A stretch of DNA of 64,000 nt from Escherichia coli (GCF_003334385.1 NZ_QOWN01000015.1), one strand, 5' to 3'; shown: positions 30,258 through 43,638, counted from the stretch's first letter. Numbers and translations are program-made. Notes: a model not told the origin generated them from the letters alone.

Positions 30258-31796
30258 ATGGCAAGAGCTGTACACCGTAGTGGGTTAGTGGCGCTGGGCA
30301 TTGCGACAGCGTTGATGGCATCTTGTGCATTCGCTGCCAAAGATGTGGTGGTGGCGGTAGGATCGAATTTCACCACGCTCGATCCGTATGACGCAAATGA
30401 CACGTTATCTCAGGCCGTAGCGAAATCGTTTTACCAGGGGCTGTTCGGTCTGGATAAAGAGATGAAACTGAAAAACGTGCTGGCGGAGAGTTATACCGTT
30501 TCCGATGACGGCATTACTTACACCGTGAAATTGCGGGAAGGCATTAAATTCCAGGATGGCACCGATTTCAACGCCGCGGCGGTGAAAGCGAATCTGGACC
30601 GGGCCAGCGATCCGGCGAATCATCTTAAACGCTATAACCTGTATAAGAATATTGCTAAAACGGAAGCGATCGATCCGACAACGGTAAAGATTACCCTCAA
30701 ACAGCCGTTCTCAGCGTTTATTAATATTCTTGCCCATCCGGCGACCGCGATGATTTCACCGGCAGCGCTGGAAAAATATGGCAAGGAGATTGGTTTTTAT
30801 CCGGTGGGAACCGGACCGTATGAACTGGATACCTGGAATCAGACCGATTTTGTGAAGGTGAAAAAATTCGCGGGTTACTGGCAGCCAGGATTGCCCAAAC
30901 TGGACAGCATAACCTGGCGTCCGGTGGCGGATAACAACACCCGCGCGGCAATGCTGCAAACCGGTGAAGCGCAGTTTGCTTTCCCCATTCCTTACGAGCA
31001 GGCCACACTGCTGGAGAAAAACAAAAATATCGAGTTGATGGCCAGTCCGTCAATTATGCAGCGTTATATCAGTATGAACGTGACGCAAAAGCCGTTCGAT
31101 AACCCGAAGGTCCGTGAGGCGCTGAATTACGCCATTAACCGTCCGGCGCTGGTGAAAGTTGCCTTTGCGGGCTATGCAACGCCAGCTACTGGTGTGGTAC
31201 CGCCAAGTATCGCCTACGCGCAAAGTTATAAACCGTGGCCTTACGATCCAGTGAAAGCGCGCGAATTACTGAAAGAGGCGGGATATCCCAATGGTTTCAG
31301 TACCACGCTGTGGTCGTCACATAACCACAGCACCGCGCAGAAAGTGCTGCAATTTACCCAGCAGCAGTTAGCGCAGGTCGGGATTAAAGCCCAGGTGACT
31401 GCGATGGATGCCGGACAGCGGGCGGCAGAAGTTGAAGGTAAAGGGCAAAAAGAGAGCGGCGTGCGGATGTTCTACACTGGCTGGTCGGCTTCAACCGGCG
31501 AAGCGGACTGGGCACTATCGCCGCTGTTTGCCTCGCAGAACTGGCCACCGACGCTGTTTAATACCGCGTTTTACAGCAATAAACAGGTGGATGACTTCCT
31601 GGCTCAGGCACTGAAAACTAATGATCCGGCGGAAAAGACCCGCTTATATAAGGCGGCGCAGGATATCATCTGGCAAGAATCGCCGTGGATCCCGCTGGTG
31701 GTAGAAAAACTGGTGTCGGCACACAGTAAAAACCTGACCGGTTTTTGGATCATGCCAGACACCGGCTTCAGCTTTGAAGACGCGGATTTGCAATAA
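30258..31796 (+). CDS. gsiB: Glutathione-binding periplasmic protein GsiB
   Basis: 512-aa product [26 protein letters not shown]... (signal peptide) inside ORF 29991..31796; peptide/nickel SBP family. Confidence 0.9.
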
Positions 31797-31813
31797 GCAA
31801 CGCAGGGAGTGGA

Positions 31814-32734
31814 ATGCTTAATTACGTTATCAAACGCTTACTGGGGTTGATTCCGACGCTGTTTATCGTCTCGGTGCTGGTGTTTTTATTTGTCCATATG
31901 CTGCCCGGCGATCCGGCGCGATTGATTGCCGGGCCCGAAGCTGATGCGCAGGTTATAGAACTGGTGCGTCAGCAGCTGGGGTTGGATCAGCCGCTGTATC
32001 ACCAGTTCTGGCACTATATCAGCAATGCTGTGCAGGGGGATTTTGGCCTGTCGATGGTGTCGCGTCGTCCGGTTGCCGATGAGATTGCCAGCCGCTTTAT
32101 GCCAACGCTGTGGCTGACCATAACCAGTATGGTCTGGGCGGTTATATTTGGTATGGCGGCGGGAATTATCGCCGCCGTCTGGCGTAACCGTTGGCCGGAT
32201 CGATTGAGTATGACCATTGCGGTGTCGGGGATCTCGTTTCCGGCATTTGCTCTGGGGATGCTTTTAATTCAGGTATTCTCCGTTGAACTGGGCTGGCTGC
32301 CTACCGTGGGAGCAGACAGTTGGCAGCACTACATTTTACCCTCCCTGACGCTCGGCGCGGCAGTGGCCGCCGTGATGGCGCGCTTTACCCGCGCGTCGTT
32401 TGTCGATGTTTTAAGCGAAGATTATATGCGTACCGCGAGGGCGAAAGGGGTGAGCGAAACCTGGGTTGTCCTCAAACACGGGCTACGTAACGCGATGATC
32501 CCGGTAGTGACCATGATGGGCTTACAGTTTGGCTTTTTGCTCGGTGGTTCCATCGTTGTGGAGAAAGTTTTCAACTGGCCGGGACTTGGACGCTTACTCG
32601 TTGACTCCGTAGAAATGCGTGATTACCCGGTGATTCAGGCGGAAATTCTGCTTTTCTCGCTGGAATTTATTCTTATCAACTTAGTGGTGGATGTGCTTTA
32701 CGCCGCCATTAACCCGGCTATCAGGTACAAGTAA
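31814..32734 (+). CDS. gsiC: Glutathione ABC importer permease GsiC
   Basis: 306-aa DppB/OppB-type permease. Confidence 0.9.
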
Positions 32735-32736
32735 GG

Positions 32737-33648
32737 ATGCGACTATTTAACTGGCGACGTCAGGCGGTGTTAAACGCCATGCCACTGGTCAAACCTGACC
32801 AGGTACGTACACCGTGGCATGAATTCTGGCGACGATTTCGCCGTCAGCATATGGCGATGACCGCCGCATTATTCGTTATTTTATTGATTGTGGTGGCCAT
32901 TTTTGCACGCTGGATCGCTCCCTATGACGCCGAAAATTATTTTGATTATGACAATCTGAATAACGGACCTTCTTTGCAGCACTGGTTTGGCGTCGATTCA
33001 CTGGGGCGTGACATTTTCAGCCGTGTCCTGGTTGGTGCGCAAATCTCGCTGGCGGCGGGCGTGTTTGCCGTGTTTATCGGTGCGGCGATCGGGACGTTGC
33101 TGGGCTTGCTCGCTGGATATTATGAAGGCTGGTGGGATCGGCTGATCATGCGCATTTGCGATGTGCTGTTTGCCTTCCCGGGTATTTTACTGGCGATCGC
33201 TGTTGTTGCGGTGTTGGGAAGCGGCATTGCTAACGTGATTATTGCAGTCGCCATTTTTTCCATCCCCGCGTTTGCCCGCCTGGTGCGCGGCAACACGCTG
33301 GTGTTGAAACAGCAAACCTTTATTGAGTCAGCACGCAGTATTGGTGCCAGCGATATGACCGTTTTGTTGCGTCATATCCTGCCTGGGACCGTCTCTTCTA
33401 TCGTGGTGTTTTTCACCATGCGCATTGGTACCTCGATTATCTCTGCCGCCAGCCTCTCATTTCTCGGCCTCGGTGCGCAGCCGCCGACACCAGAGTGGGG
33501 AGCAATGCTCAATGAGGCTCGAGCGGATATGGTTATCGCGCCGCATGTCGCTGTTTTTCCGGCCCTGGCTATTTTTCTGACCGTACTGGCGTTCAATTTG
33601 TTGGGCGATGGTTTACGCGATGCGCTGGATCCGAAAATTAAAGGATAG
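32737..33648 (+). CDS. gsiD: Glutathione ABC importer permease GsiD
   Basis: 303-aa DppC/OppC-type permease. Confidence 0.9.
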
Positions 33649-33825
33649 TTACGTTTGAATATTGCTTGAAAGGGTAATCACCTCACAGGAAATTATTGCC
33701 CTAAGCAAGTGTTGTAACTTTCTGCTGATTTTGTAGAATCGGGTAATTTGGTTAAAAAGCCGCAGCAAGGGACAATTTTTGCAGCGGCACAGCGTTCAGA
33801 TAGTTATTTTGTTAAATGTATTAAC

Positions 33826-36174
33826 ATGCTGAGTTTATACGAAAAGATAAAGATAAGGCTGATAATTTTATTTTTATTGGCAGCACTGTCATTTATTGGT
33901 CTTTTTTTCATCATTAACTATCAACTGGTATCGGAGCGCGCGGTAAAACGTGCCGATAGCCGCTTTGAACTTATTCAGAAAAACGTTGGCTATTTCTTTA
34001 AAGATATTGAACGTTCGGCCCTGACATTAAAGGACTCACTGTATTTATTAAAAAATACAGAGGAGATTCAACGCGCCGTGATTCTTAAAATGGAAATGAT
34101 GCCATTTTTAGACTCGGTGGGACTGGTACTTGATGATAATAAATATTATCTTTTTTCGCGGAGGGCGAATGATAAAATCGTTGTTTATCATCAGGAACAA
34201 GTAAATGGACCGCTTGTCGACGAGTCAGGGCGGGTTATTTTTGCCGATTTTAACCCATCGAAACGACCGTGGTCGGTGGCTTCAGATGACTCTAACAACA
34301 GCTGGAATCCGGCATACAATTGCTTTGATCGTCCGGGTAAAAAATGTATCTCTTTTACGCTACACATCAACGGCAAAGATCACGATTTGTTAGCGGTGGA
34401 TAAAATTCATGTCGATTTAAACTGGCGATATCTGAACGAGTATCTTGATCAAATCAGCGCTAATGATGAAGTTCTATTTTTGAAACAAGGCCATGAGATC
34501 ATTGCCAAGAATCAACTCGCTCGTGAAAAACTGATTATTTATAATAGCGAAGGTAATTATAATATTATTGATTCTGTCGATACTGAATATATCGAAAAAA
34601 CATCAGCGGTGCCAAACAACGCATTATTCGAAATCTATTTTTATTATCCTGGCGGTAATTTATTGAACGCATCAGATAAACTTTTTTATCTGCCGTTTGC
34701 GTTCATTATTATCGTATTGCTGGTGGTTTATTTAATGACCACTCGTGTGTTCCGTCGGCAATTTTCTGAAATGACAGAGCTGGTTAATACGCTGGCGTTT
34801 TTGCCTGACTCAACGGATCAAATCGAGGCTCTGAAAATTCGTGAAGGCGATGCGAAAGAGATTATCAGCATCAAAAATTCGATCGCGGAAATGAAAGATG
34901 CCGAAATTGAACGGTCAAATAAATTGCTCTCACTGATCTCTTACGATCAGGAAAGTGGTTTTATTAAAAATATGGCGATTATTGAGTCTAACAATAATCA
35001 GTATCTGGCTGTGGGGATCATCAAACTGTGTGGTCTGGAAGCCGTGGAAGCGGTGTTTGGTGTTGATGAGCGCAATAAAATCGTCAGGAAATTGTCTCAG
35101 CGAATTGCCGAGAAATATGCGCAATGCTGCGATATCGTGACATTCAATGCCGATCTCTATTTACTTCTGTGTCGGGAAAATGTACAGACATTTACCCGTA
35201 AAATAGCGATGGTAAACGATTTTGACAGCAGCTTTGGCTACCGCAATCTGCGCATCCATAAGTCTGCCATTTGTGAACCTTTGCAGGGGGAAAACGCCTG
35301 GAGTTACGCAGAAAAACTGAAACTGGCGATTTCCAGTATCCGTGACCATATGTTCTCAGAGTTTATTTTCTGTGATGACGCGAAACTCAACGAAATAGAA
35401 GAGAATATCTGGATTGCGCGTAATATTCGCCATGCAATGGAAATTGGCGAACTATTCCTCGTCTATCAACCGATCGTTGATATTAACACCCGCGCCATTC
35501 TGGGCGCGGAGGCGTTGTGCCGTTGGGTGTCTGCGGAGCGGGGGATCATTTCACCGCTGAAGTTCATTACCATTGCTGAAGATATCGGGTTTATCAATGA
35601 GCTGGGTTATCAGATTATTAAAACGGCAATGGGTGAATTCAGACATTTTAGTCAGCGTGCGTCGCTGAAGGATGATTTCTTACTGCATATTAATGTTTCG
35701 CCCTGGCAGTTAAACGAACCACACTTTCATGAGCGTTTTACCACCATCATGAAAGAAAATGGCCTGAAGGCGAACAGCCTCTGTGTTGAGATCACTGAAA
35801 CCGTGATCGAGCGAATTAATGAACATTTTTATCTCAATATTGAACAACTGCGTAAACAAGGGGTACGGATATCGATTGATGACTTTGGCACCGGTTTGTC
35901 AAACCTGAAACGTTTTTATGAAATTAATCCAGACAGCATAAAGGTGGACTCGCAATTCACCGGCGATATTTTCGGTACTGCGGGAAAAATTGTGCGCATT
36001 ATTTTCGACCTGGCACGCTATAACCGGATCCCGGTGATTGCGGAAGGCGTAGAGAGCGAAGACGTTGCGCGCGAATTAATCAAATTAGGATGTGTTCAGG
36101 CTCAGGGGTATCTGTACCAGAAACCCATGCCATTCTCCGCCTGGGATAAAAGTGGAAAATTAGTAAAAGAGTAG
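33826..36174 (+). CDS. pdeI: c-di-GMP phosphodiesterase PdeI (YliE): periplasmic sensor domain plus EAL domain
   Basis: 782-aa product from [12 protein letters not shown] inside ORF 33748..36174; two TM segments; EAL motif (GAEALCRW) and downstream DDFGTG; AT-rich by eye. Confidence 0.8.
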   Translation: MLSLYEKIKIRLIILFLLAALSFIGLFFIINYQLVSERAVKRADSRFELIQKNVGYFFKDIERSALTLKDSLYLLKNTEEIQRAVILKMEMMPFLDSVGLVLDDNKYYLFSRRANDKIVVYHQEQVNGPLVDESGRVIFADFNPSKRPWSVASDDSNNSWNPAYNCFDRPGKKCISFTLHINGKDHDLLAVDKIHVDLNWRYLNEYLDQISANDEVLFLKQGHEIIAKNQLAREKLIIYNSEGNYNIIDSVDTEYIEKTSAVPNNALFEIYFYYPGGNLLNASDKLFYLPFAFIIIVLLVVYLMTTRVFRRQFSEMTELVNTLAFLPDSTDQIEALKIREGDAKEIISIKNSIAEMKDAEIERSNKLLSLISYDQESGFIKNMAIIESNNNQYLAVGIIKLCGLEAVEAVFGVDERNKIVRKLSQRIAEKYAQCCDIVTFNADLYLLLCRENVQTFTRKIAMVNDFDSSFGYRNLRIHKSAICEPLQGENAWSYAEKLKLAISSIRDHMFSEFIFCDDAKLNEIEENIWIARNIRHAMEIGELFLVYQPIVDINTRAILGAEALCRWVSAERGIISPLKFITIAEDIGFINELGYQIIKTAMGEFRHFSQRASLKDDFLLHINVSPWQLNEPHFHERFTTIMKENGLKANSLCVEITETVIERINEHFYLNIEQLRKQGVRISIDDFGTGLSNLKRFYEINPDSIKVDSQFTGDIFGTAGKIVRIIFDLARYNRIPVIAEGVESEDVARELIKLGCVQAQGYLYQKPMPFSAWDKSGKLVKE

Positions 36175-36181
36175 TTTACGT

Positions 36182-37510
36182 ATGTCCAGAATCAATAAGT
36201 TCGTACTTACAGTCAGTCTGCTGATTTTTATCATGATTTCAGCAGTTGCCTGCGGGATCTACACTCAAATGGTAAAGGAACGGGTGTATAGCCTGAAACA
36301 GTCCGTTATTGATACTGCTTTTGCGGTGGCAAATATTGCTGAATATCGGCGTAGCGTGGCAATTGATCTTATCAACACGCTAAATCCCACGGAGGAACAG
36401 CTGTTGGTTGGTTTGCGCACAGCTTACGCCGACTCGGTTTCCCCCTCTTATTTGTACGATGTCGGTCCTTATCTGATTTCCAGTGACGAATGTATTCAGG
36501 TAAAGGAGTTCGAGAAAAATTATTGTGCAGATATTATGCAGGTTGTGAAGTATCGACATGTCAAAAATACAGGGTTTATCTCTTTTGACGGTAAAACCTT
36601 CGTCTATTACCTCTATCCGGTAACTCACAATCGTAGTCTGATATTTTTGCTTGGTCTGGAGCGTTTTTCTTTACTGTCAAAATCGCTGGCGATGGACAGC
36701 GAGAACCTGATGTTCTCTCTATTTAAGAACGGTAAACCGGTGACCGGTGATGAATATAATGCTAAAAACGCCATCTTCACCGTTTCGGAAGCGATGGAGC
36801 ACTTCGCCTATTTGCCGACCGGATTGTATGTATTTGCGTATAAAAAAGATGTTTATTTGCGGGTTTGTACATTGATTATTTTCTTTGCCGCATTGGTGGC
36901 AGTGATATCGGGTGCCAGTTGCCTCTATCTGGTACGCAGAGTGATTAATCGTGGTATTGTGGAGAAAGAAGCCATCATTAATAACCATTTTGAACGCGTA
37001 CTGGATGGCGGGCTTTTCTTTTCGGCTGCCGATGTCAAAAAACTCTACAGTATGTATAACTCGGCGTTCCTGGACGACCTGACCAAAGCAATGGGCAGAA
37101 AATCCTTTGACGAAGATTTAAAAGCGCTGCCGGAAAAAGGCGGTTATTTGTGCCTGTTTGACGTCGATAAATTCAAAAACATTAACGACACCTTCGGTCA
37201 TTTGCTGGGCGATGAAGTGTTGATGAAAGTGGTGAAAATCCTTAAATCACAGATCCCGGTAGATAAAGGTAAAGTCTACCGCTTCGGCGGTGACGAATTT
37301 GCGGTGATTTATACGGGTGGAACGCTGGAAGAGTTGCTATCGATTCTAAAAGAAATCGTTCATTTCCAGGTGGGAAGCATTAATTTAAGTACCAGTATCG
37401 GTGTAGCACATTCAAATGAATGTCCTACCGTCGAACGCTTGAAAATGCTGGCGGATGAGCGGCTGTATAAGAGTAAGAAAAACGGCAGGGCACAGATTAG
37501 CTGGCAGTAA
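36182..37510 (+). CDS. dgcI: Diguanylate cyclase DgcI (YliF), membrane-anchored GGDEF protein
   Basis: 442-aa ORF with TM segments and GGDEF motif (RFGGDEFAV). Confidence 0.85.
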   Translation: MSRINKFVLTVSLLIFIMISAVACGIYTQMVKERVYSLKQSVIDTAFAVANIAEYRRSVAIDLINTLNPTEEQLLVGLRTAYADSVSPSYLYDVGPYLISSDECIQVKEFEKNYCADIMQVVKYRHVKNTGFISFDGKTFVYYLYPVTHNRSLIFLLGLERFSLLSKSLAMDSENLMFSLFKNGKPVTGDEYNAKNAIFTVSEAMEHFAYLPTGLYVFAYKKDVYLRVCTLIIFFAALVAVISGASCLYLVRRVINRGIVEKEAIINNHFERVLDGGLFFSAADVKKLYSMYNSAFLDDLTKAMGRKSFDEDLKALPEKGGYLCLFDVDKFKNINDTFGHLLGDEVLMKVVKILKSQIPVDKGKVYRFGGDEFAVIYTGGTLEELLSILKEIVHFQVGSINLSTSIGVAHSNECPTVERLKMLADERLYKSKKNGRAQISWQ

Positions 37511-37520
37511 TCATTATTCG

Positions 37521-37548
37521 CAGGCCGGACAAATGATTTTGCCCGGCC
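37521..37548. terminator. Stem-loop between convergent dgcI and rimO (CAGGCCGG...CCCGGCCTG)
   Basis: 8-bp GC-rich stem with 13-nt loop, flanked by A/T-rich sequence; weak terminator call. Confidence 0.4.
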
Positions 37549-37556
37549 TGAATTAA

Positions 37557-38882
37557 TTAAACCCGGCTACCCCACAAATCGTACTCATCGGCGTGCTCGA
37601 CTTTCACACGCAGGATATCACCCGGCTTAACGTTGGTTTCACCATTGAGATAAACCGCGCCGTCGATTTCCGGTGCATCTGCCATGCTGCGACCAATCGC
37701 GCCTTCTTCGTCCACTTCGTCGATAATCACCAGAATTTCACGGCCCACTTTCTCTTGCAGGCGCTCGGCGGAAATCTGCTGCTGCAGCTGCATGAAACGG
37801 TTCCAGCGTTCTTCTTTAACTTCTTCCGGAACCTGGTCAGGCAGGGCATTGGCGTCTGCACCTTCAACCGGGCTGTATTTAAAGCAGCCAACGCGATCCA
37901 GACGCGCTTCTTTCAGGAAGTCGAGTAGCATCTGGAAATCTTCTTCTGTCTCGCCAGGGAAGCCGACAATAAAGGTTGAGCGTAGGGTCAGTTCCGGGCA
38001 GATTTCGCGCCACTGTTTGATGCGCGCCAGTTGGCGATCTACAGAACCCGGACGCTTCATCAGTTTGAGAATGCGCGGGCTGGCGTGCTGCAACGGAATG
38101 TCCAGATACGGCAGGATTTTGCCTTCTGCCATCAGTGGGATGACGTCGTCCACATGCGGATAAGGGTAAACGTAGTGCAGACGTGTCCAGATCCCCAGTT
38201 TCGATAACTGTTCGCACAGGCTGACCATGCTGGTTTTTACCGGCTCGCCGTTGTGGAAGCCAGTACGATGTTTAACATCAACGCCATAGGCGGAAGTATC
38301 CTGCGAGATCACCAGAATCTCTTTAACGCCCGCATCTACCAGACGTTTCGCTTCACTTAACACTTCGCCAATCGGACGGCTCACCAGGTCGCCGCGCATA
38401 GACGGAATAATGCAGAAGGTGCAGCGGTGATTACAGCCTTCAGAAATTTTCAGATAGGCATAATGACGCGGCGTCAGTTTCACACCTTGTTCTGGCACCA
38501 GGCTCAGGAATGGGTTGTGTTTCGGTTTTGGCACGTAGTGATGAACGTGCTCCAGAACCTGCTCATAGCTATGAGGCCCGGTGATTTCCAGCACTTTCGG
38601 GTGGACTTCGCGGATCTGATCTTCTTTTGCCCCCAGACAACCGGTCACAATAACCTTGCCGTTTTCATTCAACGCTTCACCAATGGCTTCCAGTGATTCT
38701 TGTACCGCGCTGTCAATAAAGCCGCAGGTGTTGACGATCACCATGTCCGCATCGTCATAGCTCGGTACCACGTCATAACCTTCAGTGCGGAGTTCGGTGA
38801 GAATACGCTCTGAATCAACAAGGTTTTTCGGACAGCCAAGGGAAACAAAGCCGATTTTCGGCTGGGGAGTTACTTTGCTCAT
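37557..38882 (-). CDS. rimO: Ribosomal protein S12 methylthiotransferase RimO
   Basis: 441-aa ORF; MTTase N-terminal Cys triad, radical [11 protein letters not shown] motif, TRAM domain. Confidence 0.95.
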
Positions 38883-39094
38883 AGCTTAAAAAATATTCAG
38901 TTACAGGAAAGGTCAGGGCAGGGATTCTACAGAGTTCTGGATAAAATTTGTATCGCAATCTCATTCGCTGGCGGAGGCGAAGGAAATGTAAATTTTGTTA
39001 ATTCGGCGTGAAGAATTGATCCTGGACAGCATTTTGCTCAAAAAATAGCCATACTATTTAATTGCAACAAGGCAGGGAAGAGGAGGATCGAAGT

Positions 39095-39478
39095 ATGTTC
39101 GTTGACAGACAGCGAATCGATCTGCTGAACCGGTTGATCGACGCACGCGTTGACCTCGCCGCATACGTGCAACTGAGGAAGGCAAAAGGATACATGTCCG
39201 TCAGCGAAAGCAATCATCTACGAGATAACTTTTTTAAACTGAATCGCGAACTGCACGATAAATCGCTGCGGTTGAATCTTCATCTGGATCAGGAAGAGTG
39301 GAGTGCTCTTCATCATGCTGAAGAAGCATTAGCGACAGCCGCAGTATGTTTGATGAGTGGGCACCATGATTGCCCGACTGTTATTACCGTCAACGCCGAT
39401 AAGCTTGAAAATTGTCTGATGAGCTTAACGCTGAGTATCCAGAGCCTGCAGAAGCACGCCATGCTTGAGAAGGCCTGA
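39095..39478 (+). CDS. bssR: Biofilm regulator BssR (YliH)
   Basis: 127-aa product from MFVDRQRIDLLNRLIDARVDL inside ORF 39062..39478. Confidence 0.85.
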   Translation: MFVDRQRIDLLNRLIDARVDLAAYVQLRKAKGYMSVSESNHLRDNFFKLNRELHDKSLRLNLHLDQEEWSALHHAEEALATAAVCLMSGHHDCPTVITVNADKLENCLMSLTLSIQSLQKHAMLEKA

Positions 39479-39483
39479 AAACT

Positions 39484-39515
39484 AAGGGGGAGAAAGCGTC
39501 TCCCCCTTCATGTTT
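39484..39515 (+). terminator. Rho-independent terminator after bssR
   Basis: GGGGGAGA-AAGCG-TCTCCCCC hairpin followed by TTCATGTTTAAGTTTTTG. Confidence 0.65.
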
Positions 39516-39588
39516 AAGTTTTTGTAAAAATGAATTTGTTATCTCCTCCACTGACTACGCTTTAAGCCAGAGTCAATCCGGAGGCGTT

Positions 39589-40704
39589 ATGCATCGACAA
39601 TCCTTTTTCCTTGTGCCCCTTATTTGTCTTTCTTCCGCTCTCTGGGCGGCTCCTGCAACGGTAAATGTCGAAGTACTGCAAGACAAACTCGACCATCCCT
39701 GGGCACTGGCCTTTTTACCCGATAATCACGGTATGTTAATCACTCTGCGCGGCGGCGAGTTGCGTCACTGGCAAGCAGGAAAAGGATTATCTGCGCCGCT
39801 TTCCGGAGTTCCGGACGTTTGGGCGCACGGGCAGGGCGGCCTGCTGGACGTGGTTTTAGCGCCTGATTTTGCTCAGTCTCGCCGCATCTGGTTAAGTTAT
39901 TCCGAAGTTGGCGATGATGGCAAAGCCGGAACTGCTGTGGGTTATGGCCGCTTAAGTGATGATCTCTCAAAAGTGACCGACTTCCGCACCGTCTTTCGCC
40001 AGATGCCAAAACTGTCTACCGGCAACCATTTTGGCGGGCGGCTGGTATTCGACGGTAAAGGTTATCTTTTTATTGCTCTGGGCGAAAACAATCAGCGCCC
40101 GACGGCGCAGGATCTGGATAAATTACAGGGCAAACTGGTGCGTCTGACCGACCAGGGCGAAATCCCGGATGATAATCCTTTTATAAAGGAATCCGGTGCG
40201 CGCGCCGAGATCTGGTCTTATGGCATTCGTAATCCGCAAGGAATGGCGATGAATCCGTGGAGTAATGCACTGTGGCTGAATGAACATGGCCCGCGCGGTG
40301 GTGATGAAATTAATATCCCGCAAAAAGGCAAAAACTACGGCTGGCCGCTGGCAACCTGGGGAATCAACTATTCAGGCTTTAAGATACCGGAAGCGAAAGG
40401 GGAGATCGTCGCCGGGACCGAGCAACCTGTTTTTTACTGGAAAGATTCGCCCGCTGTGAGCGGCATGGCCTTCTATAACAGCGATAAATTCCCCCAGTGG
40501 CAGCAAAAATTATTTATTGGCGCGCTGAAAGATAAAGATGTCATTGTGATGAGCGTCAACGGCGACAAAGTGACAGAAGATGGCCGTATTTTAACGGACA
40601 GAGGGCAGCGAATTCGTGATGTTCGCACTGGACCCGACGGTTATTTATACGTTCTCACCGACGAGTCCAGTGGGGAATTACTTAAAGTTAGCCCACGCAA
40701 TTAG
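39589..40704 (+). CDS. yliI: Soluble aldose sugar dehydrogenase YliI (PQQ-dependent beta-propeller)
   Basis: 371-aa ORF with signal peptide; glucose/sorbosone dehydrogenase family. Confidence 0.9.
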
Positions 40705-41327
40705 CTAACGGGAATCATCACCACTTTGCGCACTGCGGGGCGTTCAGTGAGTTGCTGATACCAGCGTTGCAGATTTGGACGCGGTGTCCAGGTCAGGCCA
40801 ACGTTAAACAAATTGTAGATGAACGGTGCGATAGCGATATCGCCCACACCAAACTCGTCGCCAGAGAACCATTTTACTTTTGCCAGTTCCGCATCGAGCA
40901 GGGCAAACAGGGCGTCGCACTCTTTGCAACTGGCATCAATGGCGGCCTGATCGCGCTCTTCCGGTGGTGTTCTGACTAATCCCATCAGGATCCCGCGATG
41001 AGCATTACTGAGCGTCTGGTTTGCCCAGTCCATCCATTTTTCCGCTTCCGCACGACGTGCCGGTGAGTCGATCCACAGGCGTTTTTGCCCGTACTGTGCC
41101 GCCAGATAGCGGACAATGGCGTTTGATTCCCAAAGAATGAGATCACTTTCGTCGTCACGCAACAACGGCACCAGCCCGTTAGGGTTCATCGCCAGAAAAT
41201 CAGCATCGTGATTTATCCCAAACTCACGGCCCGCGAGAATTTGCTCATAAGGTAGTTCCAGTTCTTCGAGCGTCAGCAATACTTTTTTTACGTTAGTTGA
41301 ATTATTCCGACCCCACAGCGTAATCAT
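40701..41327 (-). CDS. gstB: Glutathione S-transferase GstB (YliJ)
   Basis: 208-aa product from [15 protein letters not shown] inside ORF 40701..41333; stop codon overlaps yliI stop. Confidence 0.85.
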
Positions 41328-41573
41328 ACTCACCCCTTTTCCGACAGGCAGCCACAGGCTGAACAGGACTCCGATGGTGAAGTAAAGTTAACTTTTAAGC
41401 AACAGCTGGCAAAAAAATGACACCAGAAGCAGCGAAGCGGCAGGATATTGCATAAACTTTAAAAACTTTACCAACTTACGGTTTCTTTAAGTTTGTGTGT
41501 GCGTTATTAATCACCAAACTTATCATACGGCGATATAACGTATTTTTTTTGAATGGATACTCGGGTGGCATTT

Positions 41574-42776
41574 ATGACGCAATACTCCTCTCTCCTTCGT
41601 GGTCTTGCAGCGGGTTCTGCATTTTTATTCCTTTTTGCCCCAACGGCATTCGCGGCGGAACAAACCGTTGAAGCGCCGAGCGTGGATGCGCGTGCATGGA
41701 TTTTAATGGATTACGCCAGCGGTAAAGTGCTGGCAGAAGGCAATGCGGATGAGAAACTGGATCCCGCGAGCCTGACTAAAATCATGACCAGCTATGTGGT
41801 TGGGCAGGCGCTTAAGGCCGATAAGATTAAACTCACCGATATGGTGACGGTCGGTAAAGATGCCTGGGCGACGGGAAATCCGGCACTGCGTGGTTCATCG
41901 GTAATGTTCCTCAAACCGGGCGATCAGGTTTCGGTGGCAGACTTGAACAAAGGTGTGATTATCCAGTCCGGTAATGACGCCTGTATTGCGCTGGCTGATT
42001 ACGTTGCCGGGAGCCAGGAGTCATTTATTGGTCTGATGAATGGTTATGCCAAAAAACTGGGTCTGACCAACACTACCTTCCAGACGGTGCACGGCCTGGA
42101 TGCGCCGGGGCAGTTCAGCACCGCGCGCGATATGGCATTGCTGGGTAAAGCATTGATCCACGATGTGCCGGAAGAGTACGCCATTCATAAAGAGAAAGAG
42201 TTCACCTTCAACAAAATTCGTCAGCCTAACCGTAACCGTCTGCTGTGGAGCAGCAATCTGAATGTTGATGGCATGAAGACAGGAACCACGGCAGGCGCGG
42301 GATATAATCTGGTTGCTTCGGCTACCCAGGGCGATATGCGTTTAATCTCCGTAGTGTTGGGGGCGAAAACCGACCGTATCCGTTTTAATGAGTCTGAGAA
42401 ATTATTGACCTGGGGTTTCCGCTTCTTTGAAACCGTGACGCCAATTAAACCTGATGCCACCTTTGTGACTCAGCGCGTCTGGTTTGGTGATAAGAGCGAA
42501 GTGAATCTCGGGGCAGGTGAAGCGGGCTCAGTGACCATACCGCGTGGGCAGCTGAAAAACCTGAAAGCGAGTTATACGTTAACGGAACCGCAGCTTACCG
42601 CACCGCTGAAAAAAGGTCAGGTTGTCGGGACCATTGATTTCCAGCTTAACGGTAAATCCATTGAGCAGCGTCCGCTGATCGTGATGGAAAATGTGGAAGA
42701 GGGCGGATTCTTTGGTCGGGTGTGGGATTTCGTGATGATGAAATTCCATCAGTGGTTCGGCAGCTGGTTCTCTTAA
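41574..42776 (+). CDS. dacC: D-alanyl-D-alanine carboxypeptidase DacC (PBP6)
   Basis: 400-aa product from [27 protein letters not shown] inside ORF 41553..42776; SxxK (ASLTK), SGN and KTG motifs. Confidence 0.9.
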   Translation: MTQYSSLLRGLAAGSAFLFLFAPTAFAAEQTVEAPSVDARAWILMDYASGKVLAEGNADEKLDPASLTKIMTSYVVGQALKADKIKLTDMVTVGKDAWATGNPALRGSSVMFLKPGDQVSVADLNKGVIIQSGNDACIALADYVAGSQESFIGLMNGYAKKLGLTNTTFQTVHGLDAPGQFSTARDMALLGKALIHDVPEEYAIHKEKEFTFNKIRQPNRNRLLWSSNLNVDGMKTGTTAGAGYNLVASATQGDMRLISVVLGAKTDRIRFNESEKLLTWGFRFFETVTPIKPDATFVTQRVWFGDKSEVNLGAGEAGSVTIPRGQLKNLKASYTLTEPQLTAPLKKGQVVGTIDFQLNGKSIEQRPLIVMENVEEGGFFGRVWDFVMMKFHQWFGSWFS

Positions 42777-42786
42777 TCTTCTGATA

Positions 42787-42815
42787 ACCGGATGGCGCGA
42801 AACGTCATCCGGTTA
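42787..42815. terminator. Stem-loop between convergent dacC and deoR (AACCGGATG...CATCCGGTT)
   Basis: 9-bp perfect stem with 11-nt loop; T-rich on plus strand downstream. Confidence 0.45.
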
Positions 42816-42822
42816 TACGTCA

Positions 42823-43581
42823 TTAATACATCAACTTAATGCGCTGCGTCTGCGCGTACTTCACATACTCATCTTCCGGGCAACAATCGCTCACCACAAT
42901 ATCAAAGCGTTTCAGGTCACCCATGCGCGCCGGACGCACCTTGCCAAATTTACTGTGGTCGACAACCAGCACATGCTTTTGCGCCATCGACATGGCCCAG
43001 TGTTTTACCGGCAACTCTTCAAGATTAAAACAGGTAGCGCCTTTACTGACATGCACGCCCGCCGCAGAATAAAAAGCGATATCCGGGCAAAAATTATTCA
43101 GCGTTTGCTGAAAATCGATGGGTTTGAAAATGGCGTTGCTGGCGTGAAATTCACCACCGCAAAGAAACGCGCGGCAATGGGGTTTCTCTTTCAGCGCCAG
43201 AAAGGTATTTAGCGAATAACAAACGGCGGTAAAAGGGATTTCATTATCAATCGCTTCAATAATCCACGGCGTGGTGGTGCCACAGTCAAAAAAGAGGGTC
43301 TGATCGGGTTCTACCAGCGTCGCAGCCAGTTTTGCCGCCCGGCGTTTTTCTTCCACCAGGCGGGATTTTTGATCGCTTAACAGGTAATGGCTGGCACTGC
43401 GCGGTTCCAGAACAATATAGCCGCCGAGCAAAACGACGGGCGCACTGTGGTTGTTCAGATCGCGACGAATCGTCATCTCCGAAACCCCAAGCAGGGCGGC
43501 GGCGTCTTTAAGATGTAACTTATCGCTGCGTTTTAATTCTTGCAGCAGCTGCCCGATACGCTCTTCGCGACGTGTTTCCAT
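42823..43581 (-). CDS. deoR: Deoxyribose operon repressor DeoR
   Basis: 252-aa DeoR-family HTH regulator (METRREERIGQLLQELKRSDKLHLKDAAALLGVSEMTIRRDL). Confidence 0.95.
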   Translation of the reverse strand: METRREERIGQLLQELKRSDKLHLKDAAALLGVSEMTIRRDLNNHSAPVVLLGGYIVLEPRSASHYLLSDQKSRLVEEKRRAAKLAATLVEPDQTLFFDCGTTTPWIIEAIDNEIPFTAVCYSLNTFLALKEKPHCRAFLCGGEFHASNAIFKPIDFQQTLNNFCPDIAFYSAAGVHVSKGATCFNLEELPVKHWAMSMAQKHVLVVDHSKFGKVRPARMGDLKRFDIVVSDCCPEDEYVKYAQTQRIKLMY

Positions 43582-43638
43582 AATCCCTCTGAATAGTTAT
43601 TGAAGCGAGCCGCTCAATACTACACTTTTTAGCAGAGA

